64,000 nucleotides of DNA from Nitrospirota bacterium (GCA_963788195.1 CAWBGA010000001.1:380949-444948); one strand, 5' to 3'; numbered from the stretch's first letter, positions 31,023 to 41,500 are shown. Notes: generated by a model from the sequence alone, not told the origin. Numbers and translations are program-made.

Positions 31023-32660
31023 ATGCGCCGATTGTTTCCTCTAGCACGCGGCAATCGTCGCCGTTCAACACGTCTCCTGAGCCGAATCATACGATGGGCG
31101 CGTACGCCTTGGGCGGTGGGGGGCACGAAGCGCAGGTTCATTATCATCCAGATCGATGGTCTCTCCCACACGGCGTTGAACCTGGCATTGGACAGGGGCT
31201 ACATGCCGGGTCTCACGGCCATGCTCCGGTCCGGCAGACTCACGATGCATCGTATGCCGGTCGGGCTGCCAACCTCCACGCCCGCATTCCAGGCAAGTGT
31301 GATGTATGGAGGACCCGTGGACATCCCCGCCTTTGAGTTTCTCGACAAGCGCACAGGAGAGTATTTATGGTTTCCGCGCCCCTGGGTGTCGGCCCGGATC
31401 GAAGCCGCTCATGCGGAGGGCCGTCGAGGCATCATGGAGAATGGCCGCACATATGGATGTGTTTTCGGTGGCGGGGCCGACGATACCGTGTTCACGTTTG
31501 CTCATCTTCTGCGACCATCACCCGCCTGGAGCAAGCGCGGCCTCCGAGCGGCCCTGTTTCCTTGGGTGATTCTGACGTGGGCGGCCCTCAAGATGGCGGC
31601 GCGCACAGTTGTGACCGCATTGCGATGGCTCGCGCGGTTCCTCCGGAATCGGTTTTGGCGCGGGACAAGGCTATCGTCGCGGCGACTGTTCTACCGCTTG
31701 CTGATCACTGAATGGCTACGAGGGCTGTTTACCTTGAGCGTCACCGCCGATATCTATGCGGGGGTAACGGCGATTTACGTGAATTACGTGGATTACGACA
31801 TTCCGGCCCACGCTCTTGGCCCCCTGCATTCATCGGCCCTGCGCACTTTGCGTCTTGTTGATAAGAGCATCAAGAGCATTGTGCAGGTGATCTCACGTGT
31901 TCCGGAATGGCACTACGATCTCTACGTGCTCTCAGACCACGGCATGGTCCGGTCGGTACCGTTTGAAGCACTGAGCGGCGGAATCTCCGCGGTGGACGCG
32001 GTGCTCATCGCCTTTCAATGCGCGAAACACGCTGAGTCTCGTGCTGACGGTCAACCGCCGACCCGCCGGGAATTCACATGGCCCTTCGCATCCGCCTCTC
32101 AACGTCATCTCGCCTATCTAGAGCCGCGATCCAGAGAGCGTGATGCGGTCTGGGCGGGGAAGTTGTGCGTTGTTCCTGCCGGACCCAACATGAATATCTA
32201 TTTCCTCGGCCATGAACACCATGTTTCCGTCGAGCAGATCGAAATCGAGTATCCGGGCGCCATGGAGACTCTGAGTCGCCACCCGGGTATCGGATTTCTT
32301 TTAGCGCGTGATCGTGGTGGACCGGTGTGTTTTTTCCGTGGTATACTTATAAGAATACCGCCGTCACCGGGGCCGACCGGGTGTCCCCTTTTCGACCGTC
32401 CCGATCGTGTGTTAGTCGTGCAGGAATTGCAGAGTTTGCTTGCGATGCGGAGCTCGGGGGACATCGTCGTATACGGCAACTATTCCGGTTCGGGGTCTGT
32501 GTCGTTTTTGGGAGAGCGCGGTAGTCATGCAGGGCCATCGGAGGACGAGTTATACGGCTTTATGCTTGCCCCTCAGAGCTCGTTCGATTTTGACTCCGTG
32601 ACGGGGCCGCGTGATTTGTATCACCTCTTTATTCAATATCAACAGCAATCAAGCCGATAA
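31023..32660 (+). CDS. Alkaline phosphatase superfamily (nucleotide pyrophosphatase/phosphodiesterase-like) protein
   Basis: IQIDGLS, PTSTP.FQ, YD..AH..GP, VLSDHG, GSHAG. Confidence 0.8.
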   Translation: MRRLFPLARGNRRRSTRLLSRIIRWARTPWAVGGTKRRFIIIQIDGLSHTALNLALDRGYMPGLTAMLRSGRLTMHRMPVGLPTSTPAFQASVMYGGPVDIPAFEFLDKRTGEYLWFPRPWVSARIEAAHAEGRRGIMENGRTYGCVFGGGADDTVFTFAHLLRPSPAWSKRGLRAALFPWVILTWAALKMAARTVVTALRWLARFLRNRFWRGTRLSSRRLFYRLLITEWLRGLFTLSVTADIYAGVTAIYVNYVDYDIPAHALGPLHSSALRTLRLVDKSIKSIVQVISRVPEWHYDLYVLSDHGMVRSVPFEALSGGISAVDAVLIAFQCAKHAESRADGQPPTRREFTWPFASASQRHLAYLEPRSRERDAVWAGKLCVVPAGPNMNIYFLGHEHHVSVEQIEIEYPGAMETLSRHPGIGFLLARDRGGPVCFFRGILIRIPPSPGPTGCPLFDRPDRVLVVQELQSLLAMRSSGDIVVYGNYSGSGSVSFLGERGSHAGPSEDELYGFMLAPQSSFDFDSVTGPRDLYHLFIQYQQQSSR

Positions 32661-32669
32661 GGAAGAACG

Positions 32670-33386
32670 ATGATTGAAGCAAGACGTATCAGGGTTGTGA
32701 CCTACAACATCCACCGTGGTCGGGGCCTTGACGGCGTGAATCGATTGGACCGTATTGTCGATGTCTTGCGGGAAGTGGATGCGGACATCATTGCACTTCA
32801 AGAGGTTCTTGGATCCCAGGCACCCCTCCTTGAGGCCGCGATGGGTATGAACATTATCTTCGGTCCGACGCGCCATATGGCCACCGGTTTGTACGGGAAC
32901 CTATGTCTCAGCCGCTTCCCCTTGGTCTCCCACAAAAGCTACAACCTCACCTGCCTGCCTTTTGAACCACGTGGCTGTCTCCGCACCGATGTTGATTATG
33001 GCGCCGGTCCTTTGCACATCTTCAATGTCCACCTGGGGCTGCGTTATCGCGAACGAATCAGGCAAGCGCAAATGCTGTCAGACATTCTTGATCCGCGTGA
33101 GTTGGGCGGGCCAAGACTGCTGCTGGGAGATTTTAACGAATGGTTTAACGGGAGGGCGTCACGCTTATTGCGCGCGGAGTTCGGCCATCCCTTCGGACGG
33201 CGCAAGAAACTGCGGACGCACCCGAGTCCGTTTCCGGTCTTTGGGCTCGATCGGATCTACCACGATCCGGCACTGCGTCTCGACCACGTCAAGGTTCATA
33301 CCAGCCGGCGCGCCAGGATCGCATCGGACCACTTACCGACTTACGCCGATATCCAGTTGGTTTCACACAACACCGGAACCTGCTAG
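32670..33386 (+). CDS. Endonuclease/exonuclease/phosphatase family protein
   Basis: TYNIH, DIIALQEV, NVHLGL, GDFNEW, LDRIY, ASDHLP. Confidence 0.92.
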   Translation: MIEARRIRVVTYNIHRGRGLDGVNRLDRIVDVLREVDADIIALQEVLGSQAPLLEAAMGMNIIFGPTRHMATGLYGNLCLSRFPLVSHKSYNLTCLPFEPRGCLRTDVDYGAGPLHIFNVHLGLRYRERIRQAQMLSDILDPRELGGPRLLLGDFNEWFNGRASRLLRAEFGHPFGRRKKLRTHPSPFPVFGLDRIYHDPALRLDHVKVHTSRRARIASDHLPTYADIQLVSHNTGTC

Positions 33387-33388
33387 GC

Positions 33389-34594
33389 TCAACGAGGCAT
33401 ATCTTTAACGATTTTCCCTCCCTGGATCACTGTCACGATTCGGTTCGGATCTTCCAATAGGGCTATGTCTTCCAGTGGATTGCCATCCACCACGATGAGG
33501 TCCGCCAGTTTTCCCGGCTCGACACTGCCGATCTCTTGATCCAGGCCCAATAGGGAAGACGCAGAACTCGTGGCGGCCTGAATAGCCTGTAAAGGTGATA
33601 AACCGAGATCGACCATCCGGCGGAGCTCTTGGGCGTTACGCCCATGGGGGTTAAAGGGTGTCCCGGCATCGGTGCCCATCGCAATTCGCACTCCAGCCTT
33701 GATGGCTTTCTGAAAGTTGACCTTGAGGCCGTCCGCCAGGAGAGTGACCTTCTGAAGCGCATGGTCCGGCATGCCGCCGGCCTTGCCGTGCTCTACGCCG
33801 GTTTGGATCGCCGACAGTGTGGGCACAAGGAACGTTTTGTGAAGCAGAAACAACTCCAGCGCATCATCGTCCAGGAGGGTCCCATGCTCAATGGAATCGA
33901 CTCCTGCGCGGATGGCATTTTTCATGCCTTCCGCGCCATGCGCGTGAGCCGCGACCCGGCGCCCGGCCAGTCTGGCTTCGTGGACAGCGACCTGAAGCTC
34001 CTCGAAGGTCAACTGGGGTGATCCGGGGGTGCCCCCCGGAGTCAGCACCCCGCCGGTGGCAATGAGCTTGATCACATCGGCGCCGTGTTGTATTTGCTCA
34101 CGCACCGCCTTGATCACATCGTCCCGGCCGTCCGCCTGACGTCCGATAAACCACGCGTGACCGCCCATCATACAGATGGCGAGACCCGCACTGAGCGTCC
34201 GTGGTCCGGGCATGACACCGGCCCGGATCGCGCGCCCAAGTGAAATTGAGATGTGATTGCGAGACCCCACATCACGAACAGTAGTGATTCCCGCATTGAG
34301 CGTAGCCTGTGCATGTGTCGCCGCTTTCACGCCCGTGACGGTGGGATCGTCCTGCTGGAAGGTGGCAATCGGATCGGGGCTTGCATCGAGACAATAGTGA
34401 ACATGGCAATCGATGAGGCCCGGCAGCAGGGCCTTTCCACGGCCTTCAATCGCGTGGACGTCCTTCGAAAGCCTCGCGGCGCTGTCGGACCCGACCCACA
34501 AGATCCGGCCGCCGTCGATTACCACCGTGGTCCGGTCCTGGCAGTGATCCTTGCCGTCGATTAGAAAGGTATGGCGTATGGCGAGAGCGGGCAT
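33389..34594 (-). CDS. Metal-dependent amidohydrolase (Xaa-Pro dipeptidase-like)
   Basis: PGLIDCHVH, GITTVRDVG, IKLIATGG, VAAHAHG, SIEHG, GTDAG, GKLADL. Confidence 0.9.
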   Translation of the reverse strand: MPALAIRHTFLIDGKDHCQDRTTVVIDGGRILWVGSDSAARLSKDVHAIEGRGKALLPGLIDCHVHYCLDASPDPIATFQQDDPTVTGVKAATHAQATLNAGITTVRDVGSRNHISISLGRAIRAGVMPGPRTLSAGLAICMMGGHAWFIGRQADGRDDVIKAVREQIQHGADVIKLIATGGVLTPGGTPGSPQLTFEELQVAVHEARLAGRRVAAHAHGAEGMKNAIRAGVDSIEHGTLLDDDALELFLLHKTFLVPTLSAIQTGVEHGKAGGMPDHALQKVTLLADGLKVNFQKAIKAGVRIAMGTDAGTPFNPHGRNAQELRRMVDLGLSPLQAIQAATSSASSLLGLDQEIGSVEPGKLADLIVVDGNPLEDIALLEDPNRIVTVIQGGKIVKDMPR

Positions 34595-34597
34595 CCT

Positions 34598-35062
34598 TTA
34601 GCGCTCGAGGGCATCCATGACTTCCTGGACGTGGCCATCCACTTTGACCTTCCGAAAGACGGCTTTTAACCGACCCGTCTCATCAATGACGAAGGTACTT
34701 CGCTCGATGCCCCAATAGGTTTTTCCGTACATGCTCTTTTCTTTGTATACTCCATAGGCCTTGGAAACCTCCGCGTTCTCGTCGCTCAGCAGCGTGAAAG
34801 GCAGGCTGTATTTCTTGCTGAATCTCTGATGCGATGCGAGGTCATCGGTGCTGACCCCCAGCACCACGGTGTTGGCCTTTTGGATGCCTGTGATCTCATC
34901 ACGAAATCCACATGCCTCTTTGGTGCATCCGGGGGTGTCGTCCTTGGGATAGAAGTACAGCACGACCTGCTTGCCCGCCAAGCTTTTCAGGGTGATTGGG
35001 CCGCTGCTGCTCGGTAATGAAAAATTAGGTGCCTTGTCACCGACCGTTAGTTCAGCGGGCAT
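34598..35062 (-). CDS. bcp: Peroxiredoxin BCP
   Basis: LYFYPKDDTPGCTKEACGFRD, RSTFVID. Confidence 0.95.
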   Translation of the reverse strand: MPAELTVGDKAPNFSLPSSSGPITLKSLAGKQVVLYFYPKDDTPGCTKEACGFRDEITGIQKANTVVLGVSTDDLASHQRFSKKYSLPFTLLSDENAEVSKAYGVYKEKSMYGKTYWGIERSTFVIDETGRLKAVFRKVKVDGHVQEVMDALER

Positions 35063-35087
35063 AGATTCCTCCGAGTGATCCCTTCGT

Positions 35088-36212
35088 CTACCTGTTGCCT
35101 GGCGGGGGAAATTGAGCAGCGGCGATCTCCGGGCCAAGTTGTGAGCTGTCACGCGGCCGGGTCAGAGGAGAGGAGTCTTTCCCCGAAGGAAGCGTCACAG
35201 TAAAAGCGGCACCATCCCCCAGCCTGCTTTCGACGTTGACCTTGCCGCCATAGCCTCTGACGATCTCCCGAACGATATGCAGGCCGAGTCCCGGCCCCTT
35301 TCCCGGTTCCTTTGTCGTAAAGAATGGATCAAAGACTCTCGGAAGGTCGTCGTCCGGTATGCCCGGTCCGGTATCCTTCACGGTGACGAGAATAGATCCA
35401 TCCGAACTCCGTGTAGTCACCGTGAGGGTCCCATGTCCATCCATGGCCTGGATGGCGTTTGTTACAAGGTTGAGAAAGACCTGTTGCATCTCCTCGCGTT
35501 TGCCGCGAAGCGACGGCACCGCGCCATAATGGGTGACAATCGTGACATTGTCCAGGACGGTGGACCTTCGCGCCATGTTGACGGCCTGGTCCAGAGTTTG
35601 GTTGATGTCCACGTCGCCTAGGCCCTCCGGCCGGGCGCGTTGAGCAAAGGTATTGAGATCGCGAACGATCGTCGCGATCCGTTGGCCGGCGTCTAAAATC
35701 GCATCCACGTACTCTCGAACAACTTCGCCACGCGGCTCGTCCCGCAGGTGCTCCGAGAATCCCAGCATGATGTAGAGTGGATTATTAATCTCGTGAGAGA
35801 TGCCCGCGACAAGGGTGCCGATGGTCGCCATCTTCTCGGTCTGGATCAAGTGATCTCGAAGTTCGCGTTCATGCTGCCCCAGTTTCCACATCAAACGGGC
35901 TGCAACGGTCCCTAAAACCTCGGCTCCCGGAGGTTTGTTTTGAAGCAAGGCTTCAATGGAGGGATCGCTCGTTGCATTGACGATAAGCTCTGCGTTCGTT
36001 CGAGCAAGAAGTCCCCGGGCATCCGATGTGGTCGGAATCCCCATCTGCCTTGCGATTCGGAGTCCCGGCGCCTCAGGGTCGATGTCCGCAACACCGAGCA
36101 CCGCAACGCCTCGATCATGCGCAAATAGCTCAAGCAGCGCAGCCCCACCTGTGCCTGCGCCAATAATGACCACGCGCAGGGGAGCAGAGGGAGAATTTTC
36201 CATTGGCGTCAT
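35088..36212 (-). CDS. Cytoplasmic histidine kinase with N-terminal Rossmann-like domain
   Basis: VVIIGAGTGG at N terminus; EKMATIG....GISHEINNPL H-box; NLVTNA, DTGPGI, FDPFFTTK, GLGL. Confidence 0.9.
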   Translation of the reverse strand: MTPMENSPSAPLRVVIIGAGTGGAALLELFAHDRGVAVLGVADIDPEAPGLRIARQMGIPTTSDARGLLARTNAELIVNATSDPSIEALLQNKPPGAEVLGTVAARLMWKLGQHERELRDHLIQTEKMATIGTLVAGISHEINNPLYIMLGFSEHLRDEPRGEVVREYVDAILDAGQRIATIVRDLNTFAQRARPEGLGDVDINQTLDQAVNMARRSTVLDNVTIVTHYGAVPSLRGKREEMQQVFLNLVTNAIQAMDGHGTLTVTTRSSDGSILVTVKDTGPGIPDDDLPRVFDPFFTTKEPGKGPGLGLHIVREIVRGYGGKVNVESRLGDGAAFTVTLPSGKDSSPLTRPRDSSQLGPEIAAAQFPPPGNR

Positions 36213-36227
36213 TTAGCCTCGATGAGC

Positions 36228-36590
36228 CATTACACCCGCCCAACCCGGGAGTCTGCCGGGACAGACTCCTTTTCCCCTTGCACCCGCCATTTCACCCGGC
36301 CCGCCCCGCGACTGCCAAGACAGCCGCTTTTCCCGAGGCACCCGGCCCGCCCCGCGGCTGCATTACACCCGCCCAGCCCTGAAGTCTGCCAAGACAGACT
36401 CCTTGACCCCTGACAGCCGCTTTTCCCGTGGCCTGAAATCTCATTTCACCCACCCGCCCCAAGCCATTGACCCATTGCATTTGAGGAGCAACGGGTACCC
36501 CGACAGGGTTTTGTCCCGTGAGACAGATTCCTTCTCCCTTCGCACCCGCCCGCCCTGGAGTCTGCCGGGACAGACTCCTTTTCCCCTTGG
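36228..36590 (+). repeat. Array of at least 7 hairpin elements, two of them nested inside the loop of another copy
   Basis: GGAGTCTG-CCGGGA-CAGACTCC twice (36228-36279, 36542-36590), GCGACTG-CCAAGA-CAGCCGC, and nested copies at 36361-36412 and 36442-36520. Confidence 0.92.
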
Positions 36591-36620
36591 GGAAACCAGC
36601 CACCATGACCCCCCGACGCC

Positions 36621-36660
36621 TCAGGGGAATTATCCTGACATTGTCAGGGATTCCCTGACA
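36621..36660. promoter_or_regulatory. Tandem palindromic operator-like sites
   Basis: TCAGGGGAATTATCCTGACA followed by perfect TGTCAGGGA-T-TCCCTGACA. Confidence 0.55.
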
Positions 36661-36857
36661 AGCCTCGAAATCTGCTTCCCCCCAAAGACATGTTGTTGTT
36701 GACGCACGCAAGCTTTTGAAGTAAGACTGCTATTCCGTAAAAAAGGTCATTCTCAGCCAAAGGCTATGTCTGTCGGCTAAAAGGCTGGATCTAGCGAATG
36801 GGGCGGCGTGTCGTTTTACTGGGACGAAGGCCGCTTCATCAACCAAAGGAGGCGACT

Positions 36858-37265
36858 ATGGGCTTAGGAAGGGTGCTGATCGTTGACGACGAGGAGAACA
36901 TCAGAAAGCTGGTCCGGATTACGTTGGCGAAAGCAGGGTACGACGTCATCGAGGCAGAAAACGGAGAGAAGGGAATTGCTGCAGTGCGGTCCGGCGATAA
37001 CCCCCTGATGCTCGACGTTATCATTTGCGATCTTAAAATGCCTAAAGTCAACGGCATGGAAGCCATCGCGTTTTTTCGCGCGCAGTTTCCGTCCGTGCCT
37101 GTTGTGGTGTTAACAGGGCATCCTACAGTGGAAGGTGCCAGCGAGCTGTTCAAGAAAGGGATCGTGGAGTATCTCGTGAAGCCGGTGGATCCCGACAAGT
37201 TGATTGCTGCGGTCGGCAAGGCAGTAAACGCGCACGTTTTGTTTAAGGATCAGTTCAGTACATAG
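36858..37265 (+). CDS. Single-domain response regulator (REC)
   Basis: AAGGAGG RBS; LIVDDE, CDLKMP, VLTG, YLVKP. Confidence 0.92.
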   Translation: MGLGRVLIVDDEENIRKLVRITLAKAGYDVIEAENGEKGIAAVRSGDNPLMLDVIICDLKMPKVNGMEAIAFFRAQFPSVPVVVLTGHPTVEGASELFKKGIVEYLVKPVDPDKLIAAVGKAVNAHVLFKDQFST

Positions 37266-37398
37266 CCTTTGCGGCTGATGGCAAAGAGCCTGTTGCGCGC
37301 GCCGTAACCCAACGAGTCTTCGAGACTCGGGAAGGAATTATACCGCGAGCTTTAAGAGCCGGGGATGACGCCGGATCACCGCTTCTATGGCGCGTGAA

Positions 37399-37824
37399 TT
37401 ATCCTTTGAGCGCGATCCGCTGCTCCATGGCTTTAGCCACGACGGCCAGAAGTTTTTGGCTCTCGACGGGCTTGGGCACATAGTCCGACACACCCTGCTT
37501 TAGCAATGATACAGCCATCTCAGTCTCGGGAAATCCCGTGATGACTACTACCGGGATAGAGGGAAACTCCTTTCGAAAAAAGGCAATCGCTTCTATTCCG
37601 TTGACCTTCGGCATACGAATATCGCACGTAATCACATCGACCATCAGGGGGTTGTCGTCCTTGCGGAGGATTTCTACGGCCTTCGCTCCATCTTCAGCCT
37701 CGAGAACATCGTAGCCCGCTTTGGTCAGCGTCATCCGGATCAAATCGCGAATATTCTTTTCGTCATCGACGATCAGGATCCGACCCTTCCCGGGAGTGTC
37801 TTTAGTGTGCAATCCCCACGGCAT
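37399..37824 (-). CDS. Single-domain response regulator (REC), paralog of 36858-37265
   Basis: LIVDDE, CDIRMP, VITG, YVPKP; shares DNPLM.DVI.CD..MPKVNG.EAIAFFR. Confidence 0.92.
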   Translation of the reverse strand: MPWGLHTKDTPGKGRILIVDDEKNIRDLIRMTLTKAGYDVLEAEDGAKAVEILRKDDNPLMVDVITCDIRMPKVNGIEAIAFFRKEFPSIPVVVITGFPETEMAVSLLKQGVSDYVPKPVESQKLLAVVAKAMEQRIALKG

Positions 37825-37836
37825 AATTGGCTCCTT

Positions 37837-38535
37837 TCATGAGAGTGTGATGTTATGTGAGTCGTCAGGTGGAAATTTCCAGGCCCCGATCAGGCCGATT
37901 TCATGGGCATAGCGGGTCAGTTCAGCGCGGTCGCGTAGGCCCAGCTTTTCCGCCAATCGCATTCGATAGGTTTCAATCGTTTTGACGCTGAGGCTGAGCC
38001 GCTGTGCGGCTTGTTGATTGGTATATCCTTGGGCGACGAGTGTGAGAACAGCCTTTTCCCGCTGGCTCAGGAGACTCTTAAAATCGGGCCGGCCTGGATC
38101 CTTGGCCGGTCGGTTTAAAAGAGCGTCCTTGATTGCGCTGGATGACGCCAAGTCTACGAACATCTGTCCACGGTGTACGGCGTTGATCGCGCTGATGAGC
38201 TCGGAGTCCGCCGATCTTTTCACCACATAACCGGATGCGCCGGCAGCCAGGGCCGAGCGCAGGTAGCCGGTATCGTCATGCATTGTCAGCACGAGAACCT
38301 GGGTCTCGGGCAGGGCTTGGCGGATCTGCTCGATTGCCTGGATCCCTCCCATCACGGGCATCGTAATGTCCATCACCACGACGTCAGGCTTTGTCTCGAT
38401 CGCACGCCTCAGGGCTTCATCGCCGTCCGCAGCCTCGGCGATAACGGTCATATCAGGCTGGGTGTTGATCAACATCCGAAGCCCCGCCCTTAAGACCGCG
38501 TGATCATCCGCGAGCAGGACCGAAATCTTCTCCAT
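37837..38535 (-). CDS. NarL/LuxR-family response regulator
   Basis: LADDH..LRAGL, MDITMP, LTMH; LSQRE..VL.LVAQGYTNQQ.A..L.LSVKTIETYR. Confidence 0.93.
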   Translation of the reverse strand: MEKISVLLADDHAVLRAGLRMLINTQPDMTVIAEAADGDEALRRAIETKPDVVVMDITMPVMGGIQAIEQIRQALPETQVLVLTMHDDTGYLRSALAAGASGYVVKRSADSELISAINAVHRGQMFVDLASSSAIKDALLNRPAKDPGRPDFKSLLSQREKAVLTLVAQGYTNQQAAQRLSLSVKTIETYRMRLAEKLGLRDRAELTRYAHEIGLIGAWKFPPDDSHNITLS

Positions 38536-41500
38536 GCTTTCCCCTTGGTAAAGGTATCCCCACCGCGATCGTGGTGCCTCTTCCAGGGCTGGATTGAATA
38601 TTGAGGCTTCCGTTCAGCAGGACGGCGCGTTCTTGCATACCATGCAGTCCCAATCCCTTGGAGGTGCCCGGCGTGCGCAAGGTTGCGTCGACGTCAAACC
38701 CCCGTCCATCGTCCTGGACGATCATCTGCACGGCGTCGTCCTGCTGCTCGACGATGATACACACTCTGCGCGCCGCGGCGTGCTTGACGATATTCGTCAG
38801 GGCCTCCTGCATGATCCGGTATAAAGTGGTCTCAATATAGAACGGCAAGCGCGACCCGCCGAAACCTTTTGTCTTAAGGTCCACCGTGATCGCATAGGAA
38901 TCGGCATATTCGGTCGCATACCGCTCGACGGTCGCCAGAAGGCCGAGATCGTCAAGCACACTCGGCCGCAGGCCCCAGGCCAACCTACCGACTTCATGCA
39001 GCGCCATGGAGGCAACAGTTCGAAGCGATTCGGCCCATCCCTTGGCTTCTTCCAACGAGTGCGCGGCCGCGACCGTCTTTAAGCCGACGAGCAATGCCGT
39101 CAAGGACTGACCGGTCTCGTCGTGCAACTCACGGGCGATCCGTCCACGCTCCTCTTCCTGAGCCGAGATCACCTGCTCGAGGAGCCGGGAGCGGATCTCC
39201 TCGGCCTTTTTTCGCTCTGTGATATCGGTGAAGGTCACGACCGCTCCAACGATCGATTCACCCTCGCGGATGGGGTTTGTGATGTACTCCGCCGGAAAAC
39301 ACGTCCCGTCCTTTCGCCACAACACTTCGTCCGCAGCCCGATGGACCCCGCCGTCACGAGCGGCTGCGAGAATCGGGCACTCCTCAGCCGGATAGCGAGT
39401 CCCGTCTCTCTTTGAATGGTGTGCGACTTGATGCATTGGTCGACCAAGAAGCTGGTGGACTTCCCATCCAAGCATTTTGGCGGCCGCGGGATTGACGAAC
39501 GTTGTTTTGCCGTCTCGATCCAAGCCGTAAATGCCTTCCCCGGCGGAGTTCAAAATGAGCTCGTTTTGAACGCGGAGCCGTTGCAACACTTCCTCCGCCT
39601 TGCCTCGCTCTTCTTCGACGCTGATTGCCGACGCAATGATGCTGATCAGCTTCTTATCGGCTTCGTCGGGGACCACATCCGACCGGTACACAACACAGAG
39701 CGAGCCGATGCCCTGCCCCTGGCACTTGACGGATTTGCCAATGTACGTTTGTAGCTGGTAGGGCATAACATGGGGATCGGTGTCCCTGTATGGGCTCTGC
39801 ATGAGGTGGCGCGCAATGAGGACCTGGTCAAGACCGCTACAAATTAGGTCGTAGCAGATATGTCCCTTTGCCTGATCCGTCGGGGAAAAACCAGCCGGCA
39901 CGTGCCATTGCCCAATCGAAGTGAGCACGTCTCCTTCCAGGCGGTTATAGAGTGCGCACGTGGCATTTAGAAGTTCACCACACAGCGCGGTCAGCCGGTT
40001 GATATTCTCGACTGGATCCGCTCCGAAGCATAAGAAGCAATCGTTTATTTTTGCCAGCCGCCGATCCGCGCGTCTTCTCTCGCTGATATCGGTGAAGGCG
40101 GCCACGGCATAGATAATTTTCCCCGCAGCATTGAAAATCGGCCGGGCGGAGACCTCCAGCGGGATCGTCATTCCGTCCCGGCAGATCTCCATATCATCGA
40201 CCGTGGAGCTTTGACCGGCCAAGGCGCGTACGATTGGCATCCGGTGCGCCGGATACTCCTCATCGGAGCCCGCGATGTACGCGTGATAGACCTTGGCTAA
40301 TTGATTGGGTCCGGCGTCCGAGATCCCCTGGCCCAGCAGGCGCTCCGCCGCCAGATTCGCATAGCAGGGCTTTCCCGCGGCATCGATCACGAACACCGCC
40401 ACGGGAAGCCCATGGAGGAATTGGACCAAACGGGCCTCGCTCTCCCGAAGAGCTTCTTCCGCGTGTTTCTGCTCTGTAATGTCGGTCAGGACTCCGACAA
40501 AATGCGACACCTGCCCCTCGGCACCGTGAATGGGAGCAATCATGACGTCGTTCCATCGCACGGCTCCGTCGCTGCGGTAGTTTTTCATGACCACGCGGCA
40601 TTCGCGTCTTTCACGGAGCGCCTGCCGAATGGTGACGAATGCATTCGGGTCTGTATCAGGACCCCCCAAAAACCGATACGAATATCCCAGGATATCTTTC
40701 GCCGCATAGCCGGTCAGGTATTCAAACGCGGAATTGGCGAAGATGATAGGACTCCCGGGTTGGTTGGGGTCAATGATGAAAATGCCGTTACTGCTGGCTG
40801 CAATGGCTCGATCACGCAGCTGCAAGGCGGATTCTGCGGTCGTGGCTCGGGCGCATTCCTCCTGTGCCTGCTTCCATTCGGCACGCAGACGCGCGGTCGT
40901 CCAGAACAAAAATCCCAGAAGCGGTAGGACAATGACCATTCCTGCAATCCCGAGCATTCCCAGGACGCTGCGGATCGGTGTGACAATTTCGCTGCGGTCC
41001 ATGCGAACGAGGATTCCCCAGTGGAGGCCATTGAAATTTTTGTACCCCTGGGTTTGCGCGTAACCAGTCACGAGCGACACGGGTCGTCGTTCGTGGCGCT
41101 CCTCGATGTAACCCGGCTGGGCAGAGTCGATCAACAGTGCTGATGGAACCGCTAGGTGTTTGAGGTTGGCCGGGCCCGACTGCATCGCACTCGAGTCGCT
41201 AATAATATCTCCATCGCGAGTCAGAAATATGTACTCAATCGGATTCGACGCGCCTTGCTGTCGCTGAAAATCCCGGATGGTCCGGGTGAAAAGATCCTCG
41301 AGCGCCGGGAGCCCGACATGAGTCGAAACCACACCGAGGAATGAGCCCTCGGAATCAACAAGCGGCGCCGTAAATTCCACTGTCCACAACCTGCCGGGAT
41401 ATTTCGAGAGCTGGGCCTCCTGGATGTGGATTTCGTGTCGGTCTCTGACATTCTGAAACCATTCCTCGTTACTGCGATCCTGGCCAATGATATTAGGATC

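Noticed and set aside
36228..36590. CRISPR array
   Set aside because: Units are degenerate, nested and irregularly spaced with no unique spacers, and no cas genes are present.
36222..36711. Short ORFs over the repeat array (also 25823-26422)
   Set aside because: Repeat-derived, Pro/Arg-rich translations.
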